A DNA stretch of 64,000 bases. It comes from an uncultured Candidatus Saccharibacteria bacterium. Lineage in GTDB: Bacteria; Patescibacteriota; Minisyncoccia; Phycocordibacterales; UBA1006. This document shows, one piece after another, positions 26,691 to 37,162 of the stretch. The translations under genes and the position numbers were made by a program. The first letter of the stretch is position 1. The number at the start of each line of letters is the position of its first letter. Under the pieces are notes generated by a model. That model was given only the letters and a program-made list of their open reading frames with translations. It was not told the DNA's origin and made no database searches. The DNA lies in NCBI GenBank assembly GCA_964415895.1, contig CAYQCC010000001.1:119073-183072 (forward strand), written 5' to 3'.

Positions 26691-27796
26691 ACATTTGTCA
26701 AAGTTTCTTTTTGAGTAGCAAGAAACTCATTAACAATCTGTGAGACCTCGTTAATACTTTTAGACTCCATTAATTTAATTCGCAATTCCTTTGCACCAGG
26801 AAACCCAGTCGCATACGCTTTGTAATGTTTTTTCATCACGGCAAAGTTTTTAACATCGCCCAACAATTCATCAAATAATCGTGAATGTTCTACCATTACA
26901 TGTAATTTATCAGAAAGTGGAATGTCTGAAATAGTATATCGACTGTCACCCATTATTTTCTTTGACCATTTGTTTGGAAGTAGTCGCAAGAAGATATTCT
27001 GTTTCCATGTTCCCTTTTTCTTGATAGAAATATCTTTGTTGAAGATCCATGGATTACCAAACAGTGCACGTCCAATCATAATTCCATCACAATGCGTTTC
27101 CTTACATTTTTCAATTCCATCGTTCATATCCGACACATCACCGTTTCCGATGATTAATGTATCTGGCGCGATTTTATCACGAAGTTTTACAACACGGCGC
27201 ACATAATCCCAATTTGCAGGAACTTGTGATAAATCTTTTCGAGTTCGCGCATGAATCGTCAGCGTTGCAAGATCTTGTTCAAGGACTGTTTTAATCCACG
27301 TATCAATTTCGTCCTTACTATATCCAACACGAGTTTTTACGGATAGCGGAATACTCTTTCCTGCGTCAGCAATTCCCTGCTTTGCAGCTTTAATAATTTC
27401 TATGGCAACATCGGGCGTTTTAATCATTGCAGAACCACATCCTTGTTTTTCGATTGTTTTATCAGGACAACCCATATTGATATCGATTCCATCAAACCCA
27501 AGTTCGGCACACAATTTACATGCAGTACGCATATTATCTGGATTACTCGAAAACAATTGCGCAACAATAGGTCGTTCCGCTTCTGAATACTTTAAATCTA
27601 TCAACAGCTTCTCTCGTCCTTTTGGGTGACATAATCCGTCCGCAGATACGAATTCGGTCCAAGTAACATCAGGTTTTCCATATTTAGCGATGATACGCCG
27701 GAATGCTGGATCAGTTACATCTGCCATCGGTGCAAGCACAAAAAACGGCTTTCCCGTTTCGTGTCGATACTGTTTTAGTTTATGCCAAAAGTTCAT
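26687..27796 (-). CDS. tRNA-dihydrouridine synthase (DusB-like)
   Basis: Motifs APMADVTD, FMN-binding TIM-barrel, catalytic NMGCP (INMGCPDK); ORF-track extension ignored. Confidence 0.8.
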   Translation of the reverse strand: MNFWHKLKQYRHETGKPFFVLAPMADVTDPAFRRIIAKYGKPDVTWTEFVSADGLCHPKGREKLLIDLKYSEAERPIVAQLFSSNPDNMRTACKLCAELGFDGIDINMGCPDKTIEKQGCGSAMIKTPDVAIEIIKAAKQGIADAGKSIPLSVKTRVGYSKDEIDTWIKTVLEQDLATLTIHARTRKDLSQVPANWDYVRRVVKLRDKIAPDTLIIGNGDVSDMNDGIEKCKETHCDGIMIGRALFGNPWIFNKDISIKKKGTWKQNIFLRLLPNKWSKKIMGDSRYTISDIPLSDKLHVMVEHSRLFDELLGDVKNFAVMKKHYKAYATGFPGAKELRIKLMESKSINEVSQIVNEFLATQKETLTNV

Positions 27797-27867
27797 AGCT
27801 CTACAATACTTGATTACAGCTTTTTGTAAATCCGCACACCCAGAATCTGAGTATGTGCACAAAAAAA

Positions 27868-27895
27868 AGACCGATTATCGGCCTTAATGTTTGTG
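27868..27895 (-). terminator. Hairpin GGCCGATAATCGGTC + T8 on minus strand
   Basis: Seen directly downstream of minus gene 27912..28184. Confidence 0.5.
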
Positions 27896-27911
27896 ACTGT
27901 AGTAAATAGCA

Positions 27912-28184
27912 TTACGCAACTAAAGCTTCTACATGCTCTTTTTGAAGTTTTTCACCCAACGCATTAAGCTTATGGCAGAAACCCTGAAACTCGCCACCTA
28001 TATGATGATTTCCACCTATAAGTATGCCATGTTCTTTGAACTCTTTGATTTCCTTCCACCATTGCTGGCGAAATTCAGCATCATGCTTATCTTTAAAAAT
28101 TCTATTAGGTCCTCTACCTGCTTTTGTCGCAAGTGCTTTCAAAAAAGCAATTTCTTGATCTGTTAATTGAACGTCTATCTTCAT
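27912..28184 (-). CDS. Hypothetical protein (90 aa)
   Basis: ORF with its own terminator; antisense plus ORF 27933..28166 judged spurious. Confidence 0.4.
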   Translation of the reverse strand: MKIDVQLTDQEIAFLKALATKAGRGPNRIFKDKHDAEFRQQWWKEIKEFKEHGILIGGNHHIGGEFQGFCHKLNALGEKLQKEHVEALVA

Positions 28185-28238
28185 TTTAATTTATTTTAAT
28201 TAAAATGAATAATACTTCTATTCAATCTTTTTGTCAAA

Positions 28239-29147
28239 CTAGTCAGAATTTGGTTCTGCAGTATTCTCTATTGGTTTTTGATTGCTGATAAACTTATAGA
28301 AAATCTTTCCTGGAAAACGCATATCGATATAGTCCAAATCTTTTGGGTTTGCAATAAACTGTTTCTTGAAGGCGTCATTGGAAAGTCCTGTGATCATATC
28401 GCGAACAAAAACCTCGTCATCCTGATTAAATGTACCCAGTAATCGTGAAGTATTATTAGTATAGACTCCAAATAACTTATCGATTGAAAATCCAATATCA
28501 CCGTCTTCATAAAACATAATTTTTGAAAGACCTATCTCGTTTGTTTCAAGTCGCAAAAATAGTTCAGTAAACCGATTCATGATCGCAGGCTCCAATACCA
28601 CTGTTCCGAACTTCTTATACGACGGATCGTTTAATTGTGACTGAAACACAACATACACACCTTCGGAAAACTTTGGAGCTTTCGCATATAGAATTCCCTG
28701 TTCATTTACGAATCCACACGTATCGTCTGTAAAACACCATGTGACGTTCGGTTTTCGTTCCTGAATATGAATTTCAAGCTTATCAGGTTCTGGCAATGTT
28801 ATATATGCAACCGCAATAACAGGAAATTTCTTTTTAAGTTCTGATTCAAAATTATCCTTTGAAAATAATATTGTGCTTGATTTTGGAATTGATTTGAAAT
28901 GTGTTCCTTTCCAGTATTCATGAGTAAACGCAATCACATCATCTGCGGAAAAAGTTGTTGTGCCAAATACATCTACTGATTGAAATTGATATTTATTGCT
29001 ACGCAGAACTGCGATAACACCAACGGTTATTAATACACCCATCAAGATAAGTAAAAATAATATTTTTACAATAAATGAACCAGCTGTTTGCTTTTTTGGT
29101 TTAGGCTGACCGATTTTTCCAAGTGTTAATGCTTTCTCTGCTTCCAT
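28239..29147 (-). CDS. Cell-division protein FtsQ/DivIB-like (TM + POTRA)
   Basis: Short cytoplasmic N-term, single TM, then FQSVDVFGTTTFSADDV POTRA-like start; ORF-track extension overlaps serS and is ignored. Confidence 0.5.
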   Translation of the reverse strand: MEAEKALTLGKIGQPKPKKQTAGSFIVKILFLLILMGVLITVGVIAVLRSNKYQFQSVDVFGTTTFSADDVIAFTHEYWKGTHFKSIPKSSTILFSKDNFESELKKKFPVIAVAYITLPEPDKLEIHIQERKPNVTWCFTDDTCGFVNEQGILYAKAPKFSEGVYVVFQSQLNDPSYKKFGTVVLEPAIMNRFTELFLRLETNEIGLSKIMFYEDGDIGFSIDKLFGVYTNNTSRLLGTFNQDDEVFVRDMITGLSNDAFKKQFIANPKDLDYIDMRFPGKIFYKFISNQKPIENTAEPNSD

Positions 29148-29208
29148 AATAAAAATAGTATAACAGAAAAAACCACGCAACGCATGGTTTTTTCTTGAAA
29201 GAAAAAAA

Positions 29209-30471
29209 TTATTTTCCGACGAACTCTTTTCCAATATATTTTTGTAACACTTCAGGAATTTTGATTGTTCCGTCAGCTTGTTGATAGTTTTCAAGTAATG
29301 CAATTAGAAATCGTGGCGTTGGTGCCATTGTTGAATTCAATGAGTGTGTGAATCTCAGTTTCCCTTCTGCATCTTTATAACGGATGTTCAAACGTCGTGT
29401 CTGGAAATCGTGAAAATATGACGCTGATGAAATCTCTCGATACATGTTTTGCGATGGAACCCATAGCTCAACATCATATTTCTTTACTTGTCCTTGACCC
29501 AGATCACCACCACAGTTCAATACTACACGATATGGAATTCCAAGTTTCTGTGCAAGTGTCTCAATGTTTGCATTTACTTCTTCATGAAAATGAACTGATT
29601 GTTCGTGATTTGCTTCACATAATACAACTTGTTCTACTTTCATAAATTCATGAACTCGATACAAGCCTTTCGTGTCTTTACTATGACTTCCTGCTTCTCG
29701 GCGAAAACATGGACTCCATGCAACAATTTTCTTTGGAAGATCTTTGATATCTAAAACTTCGTCACTGTAGTAGGACATTGTTGCGACTTCGGCAGTTCCT
29801 GCAAAATAGTCATCGTCCTGTGTTCGATACAAATCATCCTCACCACCTGGCAAGTATCCTGTACCCATTAATGTTTTCTTTGAAACAAGTGATGGAACCA
29901 TCATTGGCATATAACCTTTTGCTCGGAGTTCATCTACTGCAAATTGCCATAGCGCAAATGATAGCAGCGCCCCTTCATTTTTTAAGAAATAGCCGCGGAA
30001 CCCCGAAACTTTCGTTCCTCGTTCGAAATCTGCCAAGTCATGCATTTCAGCAAGTTCAATATGAGACTTTGGAGTAAAGTCAAATTGCGGCTGCTCACCT
30101 TCTTGGCGAATTTCCACATTGTCTGCATCACTATCACCTTCTGGTACAGAAATGTCAGGAACGTTTGGAACAGCTAACATCATGAATTGCCACTGAGTCA
30201 TTGTTTCTTTCAATGCGTCTTCATTCTTTTTCAAGTCTTCTTTTAAGATAGTCATTTTTGCAATCAAATCAGCTCGTTCATCAGCAGTAGCTGATGGAAT
30301 TTTGTCTGATACAAGGTTTTGTTCAGCACGTAATGATTCAACCAATGATAGTTTTTCAAGTCGTTTTTGATCAACGGAAACAAGTTCGTCCACATTAAAA
30401 TCAATGTGCTTTTTGCGAGCAGCTTCCTTAATAAGATCCGGGTTTTCACGGATGAATTTGATGTCTAACAT
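29209..30471 (-). CDS. serS: Seryl-tRNA synthetase
   Basis: N-terminal coiled-coil arm, class II motifs, 420 aa. Confidence 0.9.
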   Translation of the reverse strand: MLDIKFIRENPDLIKEAARKKHIDFNVDELVSVDQKRLEKLSLVESLRAEQNLVSDKIPSATADERADLIAKMTILKEDLKKNEDALKETMTQWQFMMLAVPNVPDISVPEGDSDADNVEIRQEGEQPQFDFTPKSHIELAEMHDLADFERGTKVSGFRGYFLKNEGALLSFALWQFAVDELRAKGYMPMMVPSLVSKKTLMGTGYLPGGEDDLYRTQDDDYFAGTAEVATMSYYSDEVLDIKDLPKKIVAWSPCFRREAGSHSKDTKGLYRVHEFMKVEQVVLCEANHEQSVHFHEEVNANIETLAQKLGIPYRVVLNCGGDLGQGQVKKYDVELWVPSQNMYREISSASYFHDFQTRRLNIRYKDAEGKLRFTHSLNSTMAPTPRFLIALLENYQQADGTIKIPEVLQKYIGKEFVGK

Positions 30472-30560
30472 ATGCGAGTGAGTATAGCATATTAGCTTAA
30501 AAAATAAAGACGACTGATTTTATTATAAATTTATAATCACGTGCTATTTTAGGTTTCATT

Positions 30561-31415
30561 ATGCAATTCCCTATTAACAATCTTCCAATTCCAGAACCAC
30601 TTCTTCATATTCCACAAGCTCCAAAGCGGTTATCTATTCGCGGAACATTCCCAGACATGAAAAAATTCAAATTCCTAACAGTTGTTGGTTCACGTAATTA
30701 TACAAGCTATGGCGAAGATGCTTGTAGGACACTAATTGCAGGACTGAAAGGTTATCCTGTTGTAATTGTTTCGGGTCTTGCAAACGGTATTGACCGGATT
30801 TCGCACGAAGCAGCGCTTGATACAGGCTTAATCACCGTATCGTTTCCTGGGTCAGGACTTGACGATACGGTTTTATACCCAAAAGCACAGTACATGCTTG
30901 CGATGCAAATCCTAGATTCAGGTGGCGCATTAGTTTCAGAGTTTGAAAATGACTTTCGTTCCACGTTATGGTCATTTGTTCAGCGAAATCGTTTGATGGC
31001 AGGATTATCACATGCAACATTAATTATCGAGGCAAAACATAAATCTGGAAGTAGAATCACTGCAAAGCTCGCGACTGATTATAATCGCGACGTGTTAGCA
31101 GTTCCAGGAAATATTTTTTCGGAAAACTCAGAAGCAACAAATGAATTAATCAGAATGGGCGCAACACCAATCACAAGCTCGGCAGATATTTTAGAAGCGC
31201 TCGGTTTTCAAATCACAGAATCAATTCCAGCAGACTTATTTTCACAGTGTAGTCCAGATGAGGAATCTGTTATTAGTTTATTAACCAGCGCAAAACCTCG
31301 TGGTGAACTCATGCGTGAAATGAATATTCCAACACATAAAGCAAACATACTACTTTCACAAATGGAACTAAAGGGATTGATCAAGGAGGTTGGTGGTGAA
31401 ATTAGAAGAATATAA
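30561..31415 (+). CDS. dprA: DNA processing protein DprA (Smf)
   Basis: Rossmann-like core VVGSRNYTSYGEDA...VSGLANGID; C-terminal wHTH; terminator 31416-31440. Confidence 0.85.
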   Translation: MQFPINNLPIPEPLLHIPQAPKRLSIRGTFPDMKKFKFLTVVGSRNYTSYGEDACRTLIAGLKGYPVVIVSGLANGIDRISHEAALDTGLITVSFPGSGLDDTVLYPKAQYMLAMQILDSGGALVSEFENDFRSTLWSFVQRNRLMAGLSHATLIIEAKHKSGSRITAKLATDYNRDVLAVPGNIFSENSEATNELIRMGATPITSSADILEALGFQITESIPADLFSQCSPDEESVISLLTSAKPRGELMREMNIPTHKANILLSQMELKGLIKEVGGEIRRI

Positions 31416-31440
31416 AAACAGCACTAGTGCTGTTTTTATA

Positions 31441-31719
31441 TTAGGAATTTCCTAGCTTCCTTAAAATTTCTTGTTTTATTCTTTCGAGATCATCATTACC
31501 ATACTCTTTAGTTTCTTGCTTCTTGTTCAACAGGCTTTCTGTGGCTTCCAAAACAAGTCCACCATTAACAGTGTTTGTAAAATTCTCATGATCCGCATCA
31601 TTAATACGCTCGCCGTTTTGCACCTTCCCTGCAACATCTCTAATTGTGTCATTTAAAGAAACACCTTCCTTATTCTTTTGTTTTAAGGCCATTGTTAAAA
31701 AATCAGGTACTTCTGGCAT
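31441..31719 (-). CDS. Hypothetical protein (92 aa)
   Basis: ORF only. Confidence 0.3.
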   Translation of the reverse strand: MPEVPDFLTMALKQKNKEGVSLNDTIRDVAGKVQNGERINDADHENFTNTVNGGLVLEATESLLNKKQETKEYGNDDLERIKQEILRKLGNS

Positions 31720-31981
31720 ATAAATAGGTTATATCATAAGATTACTAATAATAAAATTATACAATACGCAATTCTTCAAATCAAGTATTTATTAAGTTTG
31801 ACAACAAAATGAAATAGGAGTAATTTTATACTAGGTACAAAAGAAGCCTCATTCTATGAAGGAATTATCCGGGAGATGGCAATTAACTTCTCCAGAAGTA
31901 ATAGAATTAAGCGCAACTGGCAGCAGTTGCGTTTTTTTGACAACTGAATATTGACATGGTAGTTTACTAAAAATTTATAGT

Positions 31982-32323
31982 ATGGCAGCAAATAAAATTT
32001 TAAAGTTATTTTCAACACTAACGAGTGACTCATTCTTTGAGTGTCCGGAACTTCTTCCAGGATGTACATTCGACGGAAAAGAATGGCGTTACATGCAAAA
32101 TTCCAAACTAAGCCTTGGATATGCAAAAACAATCAACAATGGTATTACAACGGAAAAGGTAGTTATTTTTGATATTAAAGGATCGCAATCAACTGATAAA
32201 AGATTTATTAAAGGTGTCGCGACAAAAAACAATCATACTACAATACCAGCATCCGCTAGATACCAAAAGATGTGGCTTCCTATATTAAAAAGGTTTAGGT
32301 TCATTTTCAAAAACAAAATATGA
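31982..32323 (+). CDS. Hypothetical protein (113 aa)
   Basis: Preceded by TTGACA...TATAGT promoter-like sequence; followed by hairpin 32324-32352. Confidence 0.35.
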   Translation: MAANKILKLFSTLTSDSFFECPELLPGCTFDGKEWRYMQNSKLSLGYAKTINNGITTEKVVIFDIKGSQSTDKRFIKGVATKNNHTTIPASARYQKMWLPILKRFRFIFKNKI

Positions 32324-32406
32324 AAGGCTGGATGATAATGATTGTTCAGCCTTTTATAATGCAAATTTGCCAAATCAATACTATATATGGTATGTAGTAA
32401 AACATT

Positions 32407-34857
32407 ATGAAACTTCTGATTGTCGAGTCACCTTCAAAAGCAAAGACTATAGAGAAATACTTGGACGGAGAATATACCGTTCGAGCATCAATCGGACACG
32501 TGCGCGATTTGCCGAAATCAAACAAAGACGCCATTGATATTCCTGGCGGCTTTATTCCTCGTTATGAGATTTCTGTTGGAAAACATCGCGTAATTTCAGA
32601 ATTACAAACGCTTGCTCGAAAAACTGAAGAAATCATCCTATCACCCGATCCCGACCGTGAAGGAGAAGCAATTGCGTGGCACTTGAAAGAAATCTTGAAT
32701 GATAAATCTATTAAAGCGCCGATTAAGCGCGTGACTTTTAACGAAATTACAAAGGAAGCGATTATTGAAGCACTTAATCACCCACGCGATATTGATGTTG
32801 AATTGGTTCATGCACAGGAAGCTCGACGAGTACTAGATCGATTGGTTGGATATGATCTATCAGGATTGATCTGGAAAAAAGTTCGTTACGGTCTTTCTGC
32901 TGGACGAGTTCAATCACCTGCGCTACGGATCATTATGGAAAAGGAACGAGAAATCCGCGCATTCGTTCCAGAACAATACTGGACGATCGAAGGATTATTT
33001 TCTGCGAACAAGAATCAGTTCCCACTTTCATGCTCAGAAGAACCTCGCGAATTAAAAGAAGTTGAACGAATCCTAGAGCTTGGTAAAAAGCATGATTGGC
33101 ACGTAACTGATATTAAAACATCAGAACAAAAACGAACATCACGTGCACCATTTACAACTTCAACACTTCAACAAACGGCAAGTACTCGACTTGGTTTTTC
33201 ACCATCGCGAACCATGCAAGTTGCACAAAAATTGTACGAAGAAGGTCATATTACGTACATGCGTACAGATTCAACTAACTTATCTTCCCAAGCTCAAGGT
33301 CACATTCTGTCGTATGTTCAAAAACATTATGGAGACGAGTATGTTCAACCAAAAACGTACGCAACAAAATCAAAGAACGCACAGGAAGCCCATGAAGCAA
33401 TTCGTCCTACACACATTGATCATAAGATTGCTGGATTTACAGAAGAACAAAAAAGTTTGTACAAATTAATCTGGGAACGAGCTGTTTCATCACAAATGAG
33501 TGATGCAAAAATGTTAAAGACTAAATTAATTGCAAACATTACAACAAATAACATTCCAGATTTTTCTGCAAATGGATCACGAATTCTATTTCCAGGATGG
33601 CTTATTGTTGATACTGCCGCACGCGGTGAAGATGTTGAGCTTCCAAAAGTATCGGTAGGTCAAAAAATTGACCTTGTAGAGCTTGAAGCAACTGAAAAAG
33701 CAACGCAACCACCTAACCGTTATACGGAAGCTGGACTGATCAAGGAATTGGAAGAACGCGGAATCGGGCGACCATCAACGTATGCATCAATCATGCGAAC
33801 ATTGGAAGAGCGCGATTATGTAAAAAAAGAAGGACGTACATTATATCCAACCGATACTGGCGATGTTGTTTCAAGCTTCCTTGAGACAAACTTCCCGACC
33901 TATATTAGTGATACGTTTACCGCGGAAATGGAGAATGAGTTGGATGAAATTGCAAATGGTGAACGTCAGTACGCAAAAACTCTTTCAGATTTCTACGGAC
34001 CGTTTTCTGCAGAAATTCTTGAGAAAGACAAATTGGATAAGGCAACAAACCTTGGTGACGCACCTGCAGAATTTCCTTGTCCAAAATGTGGCGCACCAAT
34101 GATTATTAAACTTGGACGAAGTGGAAAATTCCTATCATGCGGTCGTTATCCAGATTGTGATGGCGCATTGACTATGGATGGTCAAGAAGTTGGAAAAGAA
34201 AAGCCATTTGGAGTTCATCCAACGACTGGCGAAAATATTTATTTAATGTCAGGACGATTTGGTGCTTACGTTCAACAAGGAGAAATGCCTGAAAAACCAA
34301 AGCTTACAAAATTTCCAAAAGGTCACAAGAAAACTGCGGAAGATAAGGAACTGGTAAAACGTGAAAAAGAAATGATCGAGCAAGCAAAAGATCTTCCCAT
34401 GCCGCGTCGCGCATCACTTCCACCAAAGATGAATCCTTCAGACGTTACAATGGATATTGCATTGAAATTGCTTGAATTGCCACGCAATCTTGGAACTGAT
34501 CCAGAAACGAATGAATCGATCATTGCAAACGTAGGACGATTCGGACCTTACGTTGGACGAGGTCGAGACTTTCGATCAATCAAGAAACCGTTTGATGCAT
34601 ATGGAATCACATTAGAACAAGCGCTGACATTGTTAAATACTCCGAAGCAATTACCAAAAGGAACTGAGCTGATTACAACATTTGTACATCCAAAAACAAA
34701 ACGTGAAATGCAAGTGTTGAAATCAAAATCTGGTCACTTTATCAAGGCTGGATTGAAGCGAATTTATCTACCAGATAATCTTGATCCGACAAAAGCATCA
34801 ACTGACGAACTTGTTGCACTTCTTGGAATTGAGTCTGCAAAAGGAAAGAAAAAATAG
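32407..34857 (+). CDS. topA: DNA topoisomerase I
   Basis: Toprim N-terminus, catalytic Tyr region, C-terminal Zn ribbon CPKCGAPM...CGRYPDCDG; terminator 34861-34893. Confidence 0.9.
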   Translation: MKLLIVESPSKAKTIEKYLDGEYTVRASIGHVRDLPKSNKDAIDIPGGFIPRYEISVGKHRVISELQTLARKTEEIILSPDPDREGEAIAWHLKEILNDKSIKAPIKRVTFNEITKEAIIEALNHPRDIDVELVHAQEARRVLDRLVGYDLSGLIWKKVRYGLSAGRVQSPALRIIMEKEREIRAFVPEQYWTIEGLFSANKNQFPLSCSEEPRELKEVERILELGKKHDWHVTDIKTSEQKRTSRAPFTTSTLQQTASTRLGFSPSRTMQVAQKLYEEGHITYMRTDSTNLSSQAQGHILSYVQKHYGDEYVQPKTYATKSKNAQEAHEAIRPTHIDHKIAGFTEEQKSLYKLIWERAVSSQMSDAKMLKTKLIANITTNNIPDFSANGSRILFPGWLIVDTAARGEDVELPKVSVGQKIDLVELEATEKATQPPNRYTEAGLIKELEERGIGRPSTYASIMRTLEERDYVKKEGRTLYPTDTGDVVSSFLETNFPTYISDTFTAEMENELDEIANGERQYAKTLSDFYGPFSAEILEKDKLDKATNLGDAPAEFPCPKCGAPMIIKLGRSGKFLSCGRYPDCDGALTMDGQEVGKEKPFGVHPTTGENIYLMSGRFGAYVQQGEMPEKPKLTKFPKGHKKTAEDKELVKREKEMIEQAKDLPMPRRASLPPKMNPSDVTMDIALKLLELPRNLGTDPETNESIIANVGRFGPYVGRGRDFRSIKKPFDAYGITLEQALTLLNTPKQLPKGTELITTFVHPKTKREMQVLKSKSGHFIKAGLKRIYLPDNLDPTKASTDELVALLGIESAKGKKK

Positions 34858-34909
34858 TAGTAAAAAAGACTTGTCTAACGACAAGTCTTTTTATTGTATG
34901 GAATAGGAT

Positions 34910-35263
34910 TTAATTCATATTCCAAGTTTTTGTTTTTTCAAAAATCGTTCCTCTTCTGGTTTTCGTACTATAATAAAAAATACGTTCTTCAGAATGTTTT
35001 TGATTATTCATTTCTGTAATGGTACATTTTCCAATCCATGATTCAGTAGAACCATCTTCACGCCCAACTAATGAGAACGTGACATAAAACACTTTTGAAA
35101 TATTCATGGAATGAAGTGTTCTTTGTTCCAAAGGTGTTTCATCGATTGAAAGTTTTACGATTTTTTTATCAAACAGACTTGCTTGGAAGTCATACTTTGA
35201 TGGGCCATTTGTGATCGTACACAAGTGAGCTGGCAGAATTGTTTTTTTCGGACTAATTACCAT
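34910..35263 (-). CDS. Hypothetical protein (117 aa)
   Basis: ORF only. Confidence 0.35.
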   Translation of the reverse strand: MVISPKKTILPAHLCTITNGPSKYDFQASLFDKKIVKLSIDETPLEQRTLHSMNISKVFYVTFSLVGREDGSTESWIGKCTITEMNNQKHSEERIFYYSTKTRRGTIFEKTKTWNMN

Positions 35264-35400
35264 AACGATAATATTTATTTTTTTAAAGAAGTGAGTGAGG
35301 TTACGACCCTCGTTCTACGTCGCTGAATAACTCAGTCATATGGGTATTATATCATAATAATATAATATAGTCAATAACAGAAAATAGCCTTACGTTAAGG

Positions 35401-35937
35401 CTATTTTGCTAAGATTGTTTCCCCGTCAATCACTGTCTGACCTACCTGAATTTGCAATACTCTTCGTTTTGGAACCATGACAACAACTTGTGAGCCGAAC
35501 AAGATCTTTCCATAAATATCACCTTGATTGATTGGGTCACCAATTTCAAACATGGTTCGAATTCTACGCGCAACCTTTCCTGCAACTTGCACCACACCAA
35601 TATGTTCTGTGTCATTTCCAAACACTGTAACCACTTTTTCGTTCTCGTTAATAATATCAAGTTCATGTTTTCCAAGTGCATTGATATGTTTTCCATCAAA
35701 TCGCTCTACGCGCATAATAGTACCAGTAATCGGAGCACGTTGAACATGTACATCAGTGAGGTTCATTTCGATCACAATTACATGCATCGGCTCAGCGATT
35801 TCTGGAATTGATACGTGATTTACTACACCATGTTTTTTAAACACAATATCAGGCAAATCTGTTTCCTGAATTTCAATTACTCTTCCGTTTGCTGGTGATA
35901 CAATGTGGTCACCAATTGTTATTACTCGTTCAACCAT
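35401..35937 (-). CDS. Phosphatidylserine decarboxylase-related protein (short, FGS cleavage-type motif)
   Basis: ILFGSQVVV resembles Psd proenzyme G-S cleavage site; terminator 35376-35400. Confidence 0.5.
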   Translation of the reverse strand: MVERVITIGDHIVSPANGRVIEIQETDLPDIVFKKHGVVNHVSIPEIAEPMHVIVIEMNLTDVHVQRAPITGTIMRVERFDGKHINALGKHELDIINENEKVVTVFGNDTEHIGVVQVAGKVARRIRTMFEIGDPINQGDIYGKILFGSQVVVMVPKRRVLQIQVGQTVIDGETILAK

Positions 35938-36010
35938 ATGGCTTATATTATACCAAAAATCTTTATTTTAAAAAGTAAAAAAAGCCGACTCTTTATCGAG
36001 TCGGCTTTTA

Positions 36011-37129
36011 CTATATCTTGAATTCCAGAACATCACCATCTTTTACTATATATTCCTTTCCTTCTGTTCGAACCAATCCTTGCGCTTTTGCATTTGCAAA
36101 TGAACCTGCGTTTAATAGGTCTGACCAAAATATGGCTTCGGCACGGATAAATTTAGTTTGAAAATCTGTGTGGATTGCAGCCGCTGCAACCGGTGCTGTC
36201 GAATTTTTTGCAATTGTCCATGCGCGGGTTTCAACTTCGCCTGTTGTGAAATATGTTTCCAATCCTAATAATGTATATGATTTGGTAATCAGTGTGTTAA
36301 TTCCATCATCATGCGCTTGATCTGCTTGCAGCATTGCTCGCATTTCTGCTTTTTCATCACCTTCAAAATCAGATAGTTCATGTTCAACTTTTGCATCGAT
36401 AATCACCCATTCTGATCCCATTGATTCAATCATTGAACATAGTTTTTTAAATTCTTCAGGATTTGCTGTATCCAAGTTTTCTGCACCTGCTCTTTTATTT
36501 AATCCATAAATAAACTTCTTTCGAGTTAACAAATTTAATTGTTTTGCAATCTTTTCCTCGTCTTCGTTTAACTCAACTGTGTTGGCCATTTTTTCATCTT
36601 GTAACGCTTTCAAGATTTTTTCAATAATAGATTGTTCTAAAATTGCAGTCTTGTTTCCTTGTTTTACATCACGAACAATATTAGCGGCTCGCTTTGTAAC
36701 TGTTTCCAAGTCCGCCAAAATTAATTCTAAATTAATAACACCAATATCACGAATCGGATTCATATCGCCGTACACGTGATTAATCATTGTTCCACCACCA
36801 GAAACAGGAAAAATGCGTACCATTTCTAGGATCGCATCCGTTTCTCGAATATGTGATAAGAACTTGTTTCCAAGACCTTCACCTTTACTGGCACCTTCTA
36901 CAAGTCCTGCAATGTCTACGAACTCGATTGCTGCGGGAATCGTCTTATTAGTTTTTGAAAATTCTGCCAATTTGTAGAGTCGTTCATCAGGTACTGCAAC
37001 AATACCGACGCTTGGGTCGATTGTGCAGAACGGATAATTTTCGGCTGGAACGCCTTTTTTAGTTAATGCATTAAACAATGTTGATTTTCCAACGTTTGGT
37101 AAACCCACGATTCCAAGAGAAAGTTTCAT
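36011..37129 (-). CDS. ychF: Ribosome-binding ATPase YchF
   Basis: G1 GLPNVGKSTLFNALT, Obg-like fold, C-terminal TGS. Confidence 0.9.
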   Translation of the reverse strand: MKLSLGIVGLPNVGKSTLFNALTKKGVPAENYPFCTIDPSVGIVAVPDERLYKLAEFSKTNKTIPAAIEFVDIAGLVEGASKGEGLGNKFLSHIRETDAILEMVRIFPVSGGGTMINHVYGDMNPIRDIGVINLELILADLETVTKRAANIVRDVKQGNKTAILEQSIIEKILKALQDEKMANTVELNEDEEKIAKQLNLLTRKKFIYGLNKRAGAENLDTANPEEFKKLCSMIESMGSEWVIIDAKVEHELSDFEGDEKAEMRAMLQADQAHDDGINTLITKSYTLLGLETYFTTGEVETRAWTIAKNSTAPVAAAAIHTDFQTKFIRAEAIFWSDLLNAGSFANAKAQGLVRTEGKEYIVKDGDVLEFKI

Positions 37130-37162
37130 ATGTGCGTTACTATAGCATGTTTTCTATGTGAT

